This document shows positions 26,291-43,115 of a stretch of 64,000 nucleotides of DNA, piece by piece. How positions within the stretch are numbered: position 1 is the first letter of the stretch; each line of letters opens with the position of its first letter. This stretch comes from the human T2T-CHM13v2.0 reference genome, Homo sapiens: NCBI RefSeq assembly GCF_009914755.1, contig NC_060936.1; one strand, given 5' to 3'. The notes beneath the pieces are model-generated. The model worked only from the letters and a program-made list of their open reading frames with translations, was not told the origin of the DNA and did not search any database. Made by a program: the position numbers and the translations under genes.

Positions 26291-27329
26291 AGACAAGTCC
26301 TTCACCTCCCCAGGGCTCCTCCTGTAATCCAGTCTAACCCACCATGGATCACGGTGGTGATGGCTATAAAGACCAGTGACTCCAACTGTCTGAATATCCC
26401 TAAACAGAGTCCCCCATGCTGGACTCTCAAATTCTCCAACTCTGCTCAGCACACTTGCCAGTCCTTCAGATCTATTTGTGTCCACTCCTTCAACTAAACC
26501 TGATTTCCCCAGCTTGACCTTGGCCTTTCTGAGAATATTAGCTCAGAATCACCCTCTAGTCATTTCCATTCCTGGCCACCTTGTGTGGATACCTCGTCAT
26601 AGCTCTGCTTCCTGGGGCCCGAACCCTGATATTATTTGCCTCCAGTTTCAGTCAAGCAGGGGCTTTATACAGAAGGTTTTCTGCCACAAAACTAAATGTG
26701 TGCAAAGGGTTTTCTATAACAAAAAAATTCCATAACTGTGATTAATTGTATAAAATTATGTAACAGTACTATATATAGTTGTTTTGCATAAACAATTATT
26801 GGCTGTTATATTAACATGTGGCCAAGTAAATGACACAGATATCATATAAAATTGCATTTTTAAAAACATTTCTTTAGAAAGGAAATGTTACAGAGGGGAA
26901 AAGTTGTATTGTCCTTCATAGGCATACTTTTACATAGTTGTTTTCATTGTAAACATATGTTTTTTCAATGTAACATTATATTATAGATATTTTCTAATTG
27001 CTACAGCTTGATAATTAACATTTCAAACAACTTGGTTTTGTCTGCTTAGGTGGGTTTGCAGTACCCCTCTAACTGAACCCTTTGTGCTTACAAAAACAAC
27101 AATAGAAAAAGTACACATTGGGGACTTCTTTCCTTTGAAGATTCTTTGGAAGACTTGGAAATCTTGCAAACTGCCACATGAGGACGTGGATACCGAGATC
27201 TTTGCTAAGTGGTACACTCACGATGAGCTTCCAGTTTTCTCCCTCTCCTTTTGTCTTCTGTATCCCTTTACTGCTCATCAATTGTCTCCTTGTGTCAGCA
27301 CTTCCCCTTCTAATGCAAACTCTCTAAGG

Positions 27330-27895
27330 CAGTGGTTCTCAAACTTTGCATGTTTCATGTTTCTTTTTTTTTTACCCAGGCTGGAGTGCAATGTCACGAT
27401 CTCTGCTCACTGCAACCTCCGCCTCCCTGGTTCATGTGATTCTCCTCCCTAAGCCTCCCAAGTAGCTTGAATTACAGGCGCACACCACCACACCCGGTTG
27501 ATTTTAGTAGAAACAGGGTTTCACTATGTTGGCCAGACTGGTCTCGACTTCCTGACCTCGTGATCTGCCCGCCTCGGCCTCCCAAAGTGCTGGGATTGTA
27601 AGCATGAGTCACCGCGCCCAGCCTGCATGTTTCTTTTGCACTATACACATTGTAGATTGACACGACCATTGGATTATTTGTGGTTATGAATAATTCCCAG
27701 CAAAATAGCGTTAATTCCACTATTTCTTCCCACTCAAGAAAGCATAGTATAAAGTGAGAAGACAGTGAACCTATTCTTACACATTTTTCAAATATTTTCA
27801 AAATCTTTTATTTTATTGTACAACTTACTCACAAAAATACCTTTAAGTAATCACAGTGCACCAATATGAGAAGATTGTGTGGTTGGGAATGTTGT
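27330..27895. mobile_element. Possible hAT-Charlie DNA transposon relic split by Alu
   Basis: Begins cagtggttctcaaacttt and ends ggttgggaatgttg; flanks ctctaagg / tcctaggg are hAT-like. Confidence 0.45.
27364..27623 (-). mobile_element. AluS (Sg-like) with deletions near tail and linker
   Basis: Alu in reverse with cctgacctcgtgatc; poly(T) joins directly to acccaggctgg. TSD catgtttctttt at 27356-27367 and 27626-27637. Confidence 0.9.
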
Positions 27896-28094
27896 CCTAG
27901 GGACCAAGAAGCCTGTCTTACTCATCTTTGCAACTTCTGTCTCACAGTGCCTAGCCTGCTACAAAGACACGAGAGGCCCAGGGGCTAATGACAAGGGAGA
28001 AAAAATAGAGAAGGGAAGAAGATAATGTAGAAGAGAGGAAAGGAGGCAAAGAGAAAAGTAAAACCAAATAAATATAAATGTAAGAATATTTTAG

Positions 28095-28384
28095 GGCTGG
28101 GTGCAGTGGCTCACACTTGTAATCACAACTTTAGGAGACCAAGGCGGGAGAATCCCTTGAGCCCAGGAGTCTGAGACCAGCATGGGCAACATCAGGAGAC
28201 CCTGTCTCTACAAAATAAAATAAAAAATATTACCTGAGTGTGGTGGTGTGTGCCTGTGGTCCCAGATACTTAGGAGGCTGAGGTGAGAGCATCATTTGAA
28301 TCTGGGAGGTTAAGGCTACAGAGAGCCATAATCTCACCACTGCACTCCAGTCTGGGCAACAGAGCAAGACCTTGTCAATAAATA

Positions 28385-28423
<39 letters not shown>

Positions 28424-28425
28424 AT
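28095..28425 (+). mobile_element. AluJ with (TAAA)n tail
   Basis: cttgagcccaggagt, gggcaacat, ctctacaaaa, gcaagaccttgtc are J diagnostics. Confidence 0.9.
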
Positions 28426-31400
28426 ATCAGCATGATCAACTAGTAGCAAATGAACTAAATAAAACTCAAAAAAAGAACTAATATTCCAGTATAGTAGTAG
28501 TGTTTCAATACTGTTCTAAAACAACTGTTATGAAACATACCGTTGGGCTATAATTCCCTCTAGGAACTGAGGAATAAAGATCTGATGTCTGCACAAGTGT
28601 GTGTGCAAAAGATACAAATTAACTGCTAAATTGTCAAGATAACAACTTTCCAGAAGGAATGACTAATTACAAAATATTTCAATCCTATTCGCCTGTCTTA
28701 TATTCCTGGTTACATTCATGCTCCAAATAATAATAATAAGAATAAGATGGTCAGAAATTATATTATTTGTTTCTAAAATGTATTCATTGGAGCCAGAGGG
28801 ATAGCTTTATGTATAATGAAGTATTGAACTTGATTAGAGTCAGTATTGAATTATTAAATCGCTCCTTAAATAAAGAAAAAAGAGATGTTGCTCAGAAAAG
28901 CAACAATGGATAAATCTGATTGAAAGCCCTATTTTTGAACAATCCCTTGTTCTATTCAAATCTCTTTAAATTCACTGAAATGAATTTGAGTCCTGTAAAG
29001 GTCATGACTCAAAAAAGAAAAACCCAAAATTGATTTAAAGGGGCTAATCAAGGAGGAGATTTGCAGTACTTTCAAGAAACAACCCTCTGAAATGGAAGAG
29101 AATTGGCCAACAATTCCATTTTACTGGGCCACACTTTAATATAACAGCCAATTATTGTTCAACAAAAGCAATATCCCAATTCATTCTTTTTCACAAGGTA
29201 ACGACTCTGGCCTGTGAGTTGAGAAAATAAAATGATGGACTAGACACACGCCACAGAGGAAAAGTGTGGAGTAGGATTTGGGGCTTTTTACTGGATGCGG
29301 TACATTTCATTAGTGGTTCTGAGTCCCCTGCTGGGCTCTTATTTCTAAGCCTTTTGTGTGGGATTTTCCTTTTAAAATGATACCTCAATGCAAATGTCCC
29401 AGTGTAAGAAAACACTTAGCACATGTCTAAGAAACCTGTAGAATGGCCATGGAAAGCATAGAAATTTTTTAAAGCAAAAATAAAGGAAATAAAACGGAAT
29501 ATTTTAGACTGCACTAGCAGGTGGGTATCTGGTGGTAGAAAACCAGCTCCAAAACAAGCAAGACTGTAACTGTAACAAGAAAAAAGACACTTGTGTTCCA
29601 ATAATCCCAACAAAACTAAATTGCAACCTGGGAACATTAAAAAAAAAAAAAAGACACAACACCCTTCAAAAGAAAAATAAAACAATGCTCTCAAAATAGG
29701 CCCGATTATGTGGGTCACTGCATACTGTGTATTTTCCCTGTAGCATTTTATCATGGTTACTGTTGCCAGGGGACACTTGATGCTCTCATTATATATGTTT
29801 GTCTTTCACATCCACATTGGAGCCAGTATTTTTCCTTCGATGCCCCCAGAACTGTAACAGAAATAAAAATAAGGAATGGACCCCATTATTACACAAATAC
29901 CTACAAAGCAGAAGGAGTGACCCCCATGGGTCACTGTGTTGTCCCTGGAAGCATTGATGCCCTTGCCCTGGGGCCCCCAGCCCTTTGTCACGGGGTCAAA
30001 GCCAGGACCTCAGCTGAGTATCCTCTGTGAAGAATTAACAAGTGTGACAATTTGTGGGCCCTCCCCCCCTTGGCCCCTGGTCTGGCCTGCCTGAATGCTG
30101 TAAATAGAGACATCTGGATAGAGCCCTTTCACTGCAGTAATTGAAAATGAACACGGATCAAGTTCTGGCCTGTTGTATTCATAAATCTTGAGGCTTAATT
30201 ACATTAAAGGGAAATCTAGGGCCCAGCACTATGGAAACTGCAGATTCTATCAGGGGCTTGAATCATGAATCTTTAAGATAAGTGGGTTTTCTCTCCCCAC
30301 CCCATCCCCTACTCTTTAGTAGAGTTGAATGGGAAATTTTCAAATCAAGTCTCCCAGTATTAATACACCAGGAAACTTCTGAGATTTTGTGCTCTACTGT
30401 TTGTACATGTGCTTCCATTGCATGTTCACTGGGTAACATTTGCAGCATTCCTTGGAGCAGATCAACATTTTCAGGCCTAAAATTAGTCACATTTCTATGA
30501 GGAATGACGACAGACTTGACAGATATTTAAAATACTTTTTTCCCCCAAGTTGAGCAGAAAGTGCATGCCTCTAGTTAAAATTTAATGAGTTTCAAAAAAA
30601 GAATTATGGCAATTTAACATTCCAAATGAAGCCAAAGCTCTCGGCATCCCCTGTAAAGATAACAAGTTGAGAATTAGACTCCAGAGTAGTTCTACTGAAA
30701 TTTATAAATAAGCCATAAGTTTTTTATTGTTTAATATAAAAATTTATTCAACTCTATTACCTGAAGATGGATTTCAAAGTAAATGCATGATGCTATTTAT
30801 TCTGTTTATATTTTTGTTATAATTTTGTGTATTGGATGACATTTGGGCCATTTTGGCAAATGAATGAATGGAGGACATTGCAACTTAACTTACTAGAAAT
30901 GCATCTACACCAATCATCATGCAGAAGTGAAGCCTTTGAGCGCAAGCTCCAAAGTGATTAAGATCCCCCTGCACATGGTGCCTCTTCCCATTTGTCACAT
31001 GCCATGGGCACAAAAAATAAATGCTGTGGAAATGAGCTAATGAATCTACGAACTGAATCTGTATCTCTGGGGTCAACTATAATAAGGAAAATATGTTGCT
31101 ACTTCCTTTTGTCTTCATTCATTTGTGATGATCTCCTATCAGCTAATAAGAAAATTACTGGGTATAAAAACATACCGAGTGGCTGGCAAGATGGCTGAAT
31201 AGGAACAGCTCCGGTCTGCAACTCCCAGCAAGATCAACACAGAAGGCGGGTGATTTCTGCATTTCCAACTGAGGTACTTGGCTCATCTCACTGGGACTGG
31301 TTAGACAGTGGGTGCAGCCCACAGAGGGCGAGTGGAAGCAGGGTAGGGCAACACCTCACCCGGGAAGTGCAAGGGGTCAGGGAACTCCCTCCCCTAGCCA

Positions 31401-32488
31401 AAGGAAGTTGTGAGGGACTGTGCCATGAGGAACAGTGCATTCCGGATACTATGCTTTTCCCATGGTCTTTGCAACCTGCAGACCAGGAGATTCCCTCGGG
31501 TACCTACACTACCAGGGCCCTGGGTTTCAAGCACAAACTGGGCAGCCGTTTGGGCAAACACCGAGCTGGCTGCAGGAGTTTTTGTTTTGTTTTGTTTTGT
31601 TTTTCATTCCCCAGTGGTGCCTGGAACACCAGCGAGACAGAACCATTCATTGCCCTGGAAAGGGGGCTAAAGCCAGGGAGCCAAGTGGTCTAGCTCAGCA
31701 GATCCCACCCCCATGGAAAGCAGCAAGCTAAGATCCACTGGTTTGAAATTCTCACTGCCAGCACAGCAGTCTGAAGTTGACCTGGGAAACTCGAGCTTAG
31801 TGGGAGAGGGGTGTCCGTCATTACTGAGGCTTGAGTAGGTGGATTTCCCCTCACAGTGTAAACAAAGCCACTGGGAAGTAGGAACTGGACGGAGTCCACC
31901 ACAGCTCGGCAAAGCCACTGTAGCCAGACTGCCTCTCTAGATTCCTCACCTCTGGGTAGGGAATCTCTGAAAGAAAGGCAGAAGCTCCAGTCAGGGGCTT
32001 ATAGATAAAAATCCCATCTCCCTGGGACAGAGCACCTAGGGGAAGGGGTGGCTGTGGGCGTAGCTCCAGCTGACTTAAACATTCCTGCCTGCCAGCTCTA
32101 AAGAGAGCAGCGGATCTCCCAGCACAGTGCTTGAGCTCTGCTAAGGGACAGACTGCCTCCTCAAGTGGGTGCCTGCCCCCCGTGCCTCCTGACTGTGAGA
32201 TACCTCCCAGCAGAGGTCGACAGACACCTCATACAGGAGAGCTCCAGCTGGCATCTGGCGGGTGCCCCTCTGAGACAAGCTTCCAGAGGAAGGAACAGGC
32301 AGCAATCTTTGCTGTTCTGCAGCCTCTGCTGGTGATACTCAGGCAAACAGGGTCTGGAGTGGACCTCCAGCAAACTCCAGCAGACCTGCAGCAGAGGGGC
32401 CTGACTGTTAGAAGGAAAAATAACAAACAGAAAGGAATAGCATCAACATCAACAAAAAAGGATGTCCACACCAAAACCCCATCCAAAG

Positions 32489-32729
32489 GCTGTGAGCTAC
32501 GCCCACAGCCGCCCCTTCCCCTAGGTGCTCTGTCCCAGGGAGATGGGATTTTTATCTATAAGCCCCTGACTGGAGCTTCTGCCTTTCTTTCAGAGATTCC
32601 CTACCCTGAGGTGAGGAATCTAGAGAGGCAGTCTGGCTACAGTGGCTTTGCCGAGCTGTGGTGGACTCCGTCCAGTTCCTACTTCCCAGTGGCTTTGTTT
32701 ACACTGTGAGGGGAAATCCACCAACTCAA
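32489..32729 (-). repeat. Inverted copy of 31831-32070 inserted in the L1 5'UTR, flanked by 37-bp direct repeat
   Basis: 3 substitutions and 1 indel over 240 bp. Direct repeats at 32453-32489 and 32727-32763 (35/37). Confidence 0.95.
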
Positions 32730-32803
32730 AAAAGGACGTCCACACAAAAACCCCATCCAAAGGTCACCAGCATCAAAGACCAAAGCTAGATAAATCCACA
32801 AAG

Positions 32804-33822
32804 ATGAGGAAAAACCAGCCCCAAAAGGCTGAAAATTCCAAAAACCAGAACGCCTCTTCTCCAAAGGATCACAACTCCTTGTCAGCAAGGGAACAAAACT
32901 GGACGGAGAATGAGCTTGATGAATTGACAGAAGTAGGCTTCAGAAGGTGGGTAATAACAAACTCCTCCGAGCTAAAGGAGCATGTTCTAACCCAATGAAA
33001 GGAAGCTAAGAACCTTGAAAAAAGGTTAAAGGAATTGCTAACTAGAAAAACCAGTTTAAAGAAAAACATAAATGACCTGTCAGAGCTGAAAAACACAGCA
33101 CGAGAACTTCTTGAAGCATACACAAGTATCAAAGCTGAATTGATCAAGTGGAAGAAACAATCTCAGAGGTAGAAGATAGACTTAATGAAATAAAGTGTGA
33201 AAACAAGATTAGAGAAAAAAGAATGAAAAAGAACAAACAAAGCCTCCAAGAAATATTGGACTATGTGAAAAGACCAAACCTACGTTTGACTGGTGTACCT
33301 GAAAGTGATGGGGGAGAATGGAACCAAATTGGAAGACACTCTTCAGGATATTATCCAGAAGAACTTCCCCAACCTAGCAAGACAGGCCAACATTCAAATT
33401 CAGGAAATACAGAGAACACCACAAAGATACTCCTCAAGAAGAGCAACCCCAAGACACATAATTGTCGGATTCACCAAGGTTGAAATGAAGGAAAAAATGT
33501 TAAGGGAAGCCAGAAAAGTCAAGTTACCAACAAAGGGAAGTCCATCAGACTAACAGCGGATCTCTCGGCAGAAACCCTACAAGCCAGAAGAGAGTGGTGG
33601 CAATTATTCAACATTCTTAAAGAAAAGAATTTTCAACCCAGAATTTCATATCCAGCCAAACTAAGCTTCATAAGTGAAGGAGAAATGAAATCCTTTACAG
33701 ACAAGCAAATGCTGAGAGATTTTGTTACCACCAGGCCTGCCTTACAAGAGCTCCTAAAGGAAGCACTAAATATGGAAAGAAAAAACCAGTACCAGCCACT
33801 GCAAAAACATACCAAACTGTAA
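32804..33822 (+). pseudogene. L1 ORF1p, disrupted
   Basis: MRKNQ...; stop at 32998 and frameshifts; fragments DYVKRPNLRL and NFPNLARQANIQIQEIQRTPQRYSSRRATPRHII. Confidence 0.9.
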
Positions 33823-33885
33823 AGACCATCAACACTCTGAAGAAACTGTATCAACTAACAGGCAAAATAACCAGCTAGCATCATA

Positions 33886-37713
<3,828 letters not shown>

Positions 37714-38229
37714 AAAATGAGAACACATGGACACAGGGAGGGGAATATCACAAACTGGGGCCTGTTGAGGGGTAGGGAGATAGGGAAGGGATAGCATTAG
37801 GAGAAATACCTAATGTAGATGACGAGTTGATGGGTGCAGCAAACCACCATGGCACGTGTATACCTATGTAACAAACCTGCATGTTCTGCACACAAAGTAT
37901 AATAAAAAAAATACCAAGGTACTATGAGGAGAATATAATACTAGTTGACATTTATCAAGAATGTAATCTCTCAGACATTGTGCTGGAGTCTCCACAGATA
38001 ATCTTCCAAATGCTCACCAGCATTCATCCAGGGAGATACCATTATTTCCATTTTCTAGATTGGGAAACTGTGTCTCAGAGACATTAGGAGACCATAATCA
38101 CACCTAAAAGTGATGGAGTTGAAAATTAAATAGAGGCCATTTTGACTCTAGAGTCTATATTATTTCCGCAAAGCCACATGAATAGCTAACCTTTTATAAA
38201 AATTTACACTTTATAAAACACTTTCCTAT

Positions 38230-38490
38230 ATGTCACGGATGGTAAAATATTGCAGTCAGACCATGACTCTGGGTTCAAATCCTGCATCCTGCACTTACTT
38301 GTTATGGCAACACAGGCAAGTTAACCTCTTTGGCCTCTTGAGTTCCTCATAGTTAAAAGGGGAAATGGTACTGATAGTAATAATGAAAGTCAACTATGAG
38401 GGTCATTTTGAAGATGAAATGAGACAATATACACATATACATTACATACCCTGGCCCACAATAAGTGCTTAAGAAATAATCACTGTATCA
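38230..38490 (+). mobile_element. MIR
   Basis: ctgggttcaaatcctgc...cacttact...ggcaagttaacctct...agttcctcat...gaagatgaaatgagacaat...aataagtgct. Confidence 0.75.
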
Positions 38491-38603
38491 TTATTCTGTC
38501 ATTCACACAAGCTTTTAATGAGTATTTTCTATTATGATTTGACTTTCTAGAAACCTCTTAATGTTAGCAGCAGAACATATCCAAGTCACACAGCACCAAA
38601 GTA

Positions 38604-39270
38604 TGCTAGTGGCAGTGAATCTGTACAGGTCTGCAGCAACCTCAATTCTTGCCTCCTCAGGAGAAAGAATTTAACTGAGGGGCATAAGGCAGGAGAGAAA
38701 GAGGCAGGCTTTAGAGCAGGAGTGAGTTTATTTTGAAAACTTTAGCGCAGGAATGAAAGGAGTACAGTACACTTCGAAGAAGGTCAAGCAGGCAACCTGA
38801 GAGATCAAGTGCACAGTTTGACTTTCAACTTGGGGTATTATACGTTGGCATGCTTCTGGGGTTGCATTACTTCTCCCCTTATTCTTCCCTTGGTGTGGGC
38901 TGTCCACATGTGTAGTGTGTTTACTGGAGTTGTACACATGCTCACTTGAGGCATTCTTCCCTTACCAGTCAAGTGTTCCTATAAGGTCATACACCAGTTA
39001 AGCTCAGCCATTTTGCCTCTTAGTAAGCATGCTTAACCCCACTTACCCAGCTCCTGAGATCTTAGCCACAAGATGCTTATCATCAGCCTTAGGTGTTTCT
39101 AACTATTGGAAGACTGCCTTTCCCTGGCACTGGCTGCAACTAATTATTATTTTAGAGAGGCAGTTCAACAACCACCTGACCATCAACTGATGCTTGCCTG
39201 ACCCTCCTGGTTGGCAGTGGGAGGACCCTCTCCTGCCCTGCGCATATCTGACTAGCTACCTACTGTAACA
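38604..39270 (-). mobile_element. ERV1 solo LTR (MER50-like)
   Basis: Reverse start tgttacagtaggtagctagtcaga...gcagggcaggagaggg; other end tgctagtggcagtgaatctgtacaggtctgcagcaacctcaattcttgcc. Confidence 0.75.
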
Positions 39271-39396
39271 TTAATAAACACTTTCTAGAACCTTACTTGA
39301 TGTGCTGAAGAATTCATGACATACAATAGGAGGTTTCTGCTCTCTAAAGAGGCTTGCTGTCTAATGAGAGAGATAGTATGTAATGCTCTTACTGTA

Positions 39397-39776
39397 TGTT
39401 ATGGGCTGAATTGTGCCTCTCTCCCAAATTCACACTTTGAAGTCCTCACCAGTACTTTAGGTTGTGACTACTTAGAGACAAGGGTCTTTAAAGAGGTAAT
39501 TAAGGTTAGATAAGTTGGTACAGGTGGGTCCTAATCCAATATGCCTGGCATCCTCGTATGAAGAAGTTAGGACACAGATACACACACAGAGGGATGACCA
39601 TGTGAGGGCACAGCAAGAAGGTGGCCATCAGCAAGACAGAGGCCTCAGAAGGAATCAAACCTGCCAGCACCTTGATCTCGGACTCCCAGCCTCCAAAACT
39701 ATGAGAAAATAAATGTCTGTTGTTTAAGCCATCCAGTCTGTGGTATTTTTTATGGCAGCACAAGAAAACTAATACA
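39397..39776 (+). mobile_element. MLT1B-like MaLR solo LTR
   Basis: tgttatgggctgaattgtg...ctttaaagaggtaattaaggtta...aataaatgtctgttgtttaagcca...ctaataca. TSD ctgta (39392-39396) / ctata (39777-39781). Confidence 0.88.
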
Positions 39777-40079
39777 CTATACAAAATAGATTAAAACCAT
39801 AAAGAAAAAGCAACCTGAAGCACAGGACTCCCAGTGAAATATAAACTTGCTTTACATTTCACACTATACAGTAATTGTTAACTTACTCCTCTGTATTATC
39901 CAGGCCATAGCTTCCCAACAGTAGGATATAGATACATTTGCGGTTGTGTCCGAGCACCTAGCACAATTCCTGGCCCTGAATAAATATTCATTACATAATA
40001 AAACCACAAGAAATTCTTTCTCCTTCCTTTCCTGTGTTTTACTGTAACCAAATAGTTGATGAAAAAACGTTTTTCTTTA

Positions 40080-40790
40080 TACAAATACTGTAGCTAATAA
40101 ATTGCAGAAGGAATGATAAAATGCAAAAATGGAGCTAGCACAATTATTAATGAATTATGAATGAGGAATTCACAAGGAAAGCATCATGGTGACACCATCT
40201 GAACTCATTGTTCAACCTCAGGACATATAAAAGGGGAAGAGGTAGATATTATGTGCCTCATAATATGATGCAACAAGAAGGATATAGCAACATCTCTAAA
40301 GTACAATTTCCTAACAATTGTACCAGTATCTAATTGAATCTGTAGATCTAACTACCCATTTGTAAAATGACAGGGAATAGAAGAACAAGTTAAAGACACA
40401 GCAAAATCCAGGAAGTGGGAGGGACATTTACAAAGAAATGACCTATTTTCTCTAACAAAAGAGTGGTATGGGTTGAAGGAACCCATTGTTATAAAACAAA
40501 TGTGAACTTAAGACACATAACAATATATGCAGAATGTGCAACTTGTTCAGATTGTGACTCAATTTTACCAAGTGCAAAAATGAAATGTTTGAGACAATCT
40601 TGGAAACAGAAATATGAACTAAATTGTATTGATGAATGACTTAATTTTGCTTGGCATAATAATAGCATGGCCAATATATGGAAACAGAGATGTAAATTTA
40701 GATATGGATATAAATAGCCTTACCAGCTAATAATGCATCCTGAAGAATTTGTGAATAAAATGGCATGATGTTCGAGAATTTCTATAAGAG
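40080..40790 (+). mobile_element. Ancient L1 3'UTR (L1ME3/L1MC-like)
   Basis: tattatgtgcctc...tgatgcaacaagaagga...tagatctaactacc...gggaatagaagaacaagttaaa...tttgagacaat. Confidence 0.6.
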
Positions 40791-41193
40791 TTTTAAAACT
40801 AACTTGGTTCTCCTGAATGCTCTACCAAACATGGCAGGTTTTGTTTTATTTTTTTAAAATGAAGACATTGGTCACCCAATTCTCTTGGTTAAGAGGCTTG
40901 CCAAGGTCATTCAGTCAGGAAATGGCAAGACCAGCTTCTTGAAACTCCTACTCTGACTCTTAGAGCCAAGATGGCTACACCAGCTACAGAGCTTCTTTCC
41001 CCAACAGCTCCTCTAACCTCTTAGAACTGAGTTGCATTGTCCCTGACTAGATCATGAGCCATCTCTAAACCAAACCCAGGGATAATCTGAGTGGCTAGCC
41101 CTGGGTCACATGCCTGCCCTTGATGACGGAGCTGCACTCTGTTCTACCCAAATTATATAAACTCACAGATTATTTTAAAAGCCTCACAGTGAA

Positions 41194-42098
41194 GGGGAGG
41201 AGCCAAGATGGCCGAATAGGAACAGCTCCGGTCTACAGCTCCCAGCGTGAGGGACGCAGAGGACGGGTGATTTCTGCATTTCCATTTGAGGTACCGGGTT
41301 CATCTCACTAGGGAGTGCCAGACAGTGGGTGCAGGTCAGTGGGTGCGCGTACCATGCACGAGCCGAAGCAGGGCGAGGCATTGCCTCACCTGGGAAGCAC
41401 AAGGGGTCAGGGAGTTCCCTTTCCGAGTCAAAGAAAGGGGTGACTGACGCACCTGGAAAATCGGGTCACTCCCACCCGAATATTGCGCTTTTCGGACCGG
41501 CTTAAAAAACACCGCACCACGAGATTATATGCCGCACCTGGCTTGGAGGGTCCTACGCCCACGGACTCTCGCTGATTGCTAGCACAGCAGTCTGAGATCA
41601 AACTGCAAGGCGGCAGCGAGGCTGGGGGAGGGGCGACTGCCGTTGCCCAGGCTTGCTTAGGTAAACAAAGCAGCCGGGAAGCTCGAACTGGGTGGAGCCC
41701 ACCACAGCTCAAGGAGGCCTGCCTGCCTCTGCAGGCTCCACCTCGGGGGGCAGGGCACAGACAAACAAAAAGACAGCAGTAACCTCTGCAGACTTAAATG
41801 TCCCTGTCTGACAGCTTTGAAGAGAGCAGTGGTTCTCCCAGCACGCAGCTGGAGATCTGAGAACAGGCAGACTGCCTCCTCAAGTGGGTCCCTGACCCCT
41901 GACCCCCGAGCAGCCTAACTGGGAGGCACCCCCCAGCAGAGGCACACTGACACCTCACACAGCAGGGTATTCCAACAGACCTGCAGCTGAGGGTCCTGTC
42001 TGTTAGAAGGAAAACTAACAAACAGAAAGGACATCCACACCAAAAACCCATCTGTACATCACCATCATCAAAGACCAAAAGTAGATAAAACCACAAAG
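41194..42098 (+). promoter_or_regulatory. L1 5'UTR internal sense/antisense promoter, CpG-rich, YY1 site
   Basis: YY1 motif caagatggcc at 41204-41213; CpGs retained relative to the flanks. Promoter function is established for L1 5'UTRs; activity of this copy is unknown. Confidence 0.7.
41428..41643 (-). pseudogene. L1 ORF0 frame (71 codons), start ATG changed to ACG
   Basis: Peptide (T)AVAPPPASLPPCSLISDCCASNQRESVGVGPS...KRNIRVGVTRFSRCVSHPFL matches primate ORF0; plus-strand cgt at 41641-41643 replaces cat. Confidence 0.8.
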
Positions 42099-43115
42099 AT
42101 GGGGAAAAAACAGAACAGAAAAACCGGAAATTCTAAAACGCAGAGTGCCTCTCCTCCTCCAAAGGAACGCAGTTCCTCACCAGCAACGGAACAAAGCTGG
42201 ATGGAGAATGACTTTGATGAGCTGAGAGAAGAAGGCTTCAGACGATCAAATTACTCTGAGCTATGGGAGGACATCCAAACCAAAGGCAAAGAAGTTGAAA
42301 ACTTTGAAAAAAATTTAGAATAATGTATAACTAGAATAACCAATACAGAGAAGTGCTTAAAGGAGGTGATGGAGCTGAAAACCAAGGCTCGAGAACTACA
42401 TGAAGAATGCAAAAGCCTCAGGAGCCGATGCGATCAACTGGAAGAAAGGGTATCAGCAATGGAAGATGAAATGAATGAAATGAAGCGAGAAGGGAAGTTT
42501 AGAGAAAAAAGAATAAAAAGAAATGAGCAAAGCCTCCAAGAAATATGGGACTATGTGAAAAGACCAAATCTACGTCTGATTGGTGTACCCGAAAGTGATG
42601 GGGAGAATGGAACCAAGTTGGAAAACACTCTGAAGGATATTATCCAGGAGAACTTCCCCAATCTAGCAAGGCAGGCCAACGTTCAGATTCAGGAAATACA
42701 GAGAACGCCACAAAGATACTCCTCGAGAAGAGCAACTCCAAGACACATAATTGTCAGATTCACCAAAGTTGAAATGAAGGAAAAAATGTTAAGGGCAGCC
42801 AGAGAGAAAGGTCGGGATACCCTCAAAGGGAAGCCCATCAGACTAACAGCGGATCTCTCGGCAGAAACCCTACAAGCCAGAAGACAGTGGTGGCAATTAT
42901 TCAACATTCTTAAAGAAAAGAATTTTCAACCCAGAATTTCATATCCAGCCAAACTAAGCTTCATAAGTGAAGGAGAAATAAAATACTTTACAGACAAGCA
43001 AATGCTGAGAGATTTTGTCACCACCAGGCCTGCCCTAAAAGAGCTCCTGAAGGAAGCGCTAAACATGGAAAGGAACAACCGGTACCAGGCGCTGCAAAAT
43101 CATGCCAAAATGTAA
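42099..43115 (+). pseudogene. L1 ORF1p with a premature stop
   Basis: MGKKQNRKTGNSK... with TAA at 42321-42323; same frame continues to ...LQNHAKM. Confidence 0.92.

Noticed and set aside
27023-27452. 122-aa ORF and minus-strand GTGAGT donor near 27215-27220
   Set aside because: The ORF runs into transposon/Alu sequence with no recognised homology; a lone donor is not enough.
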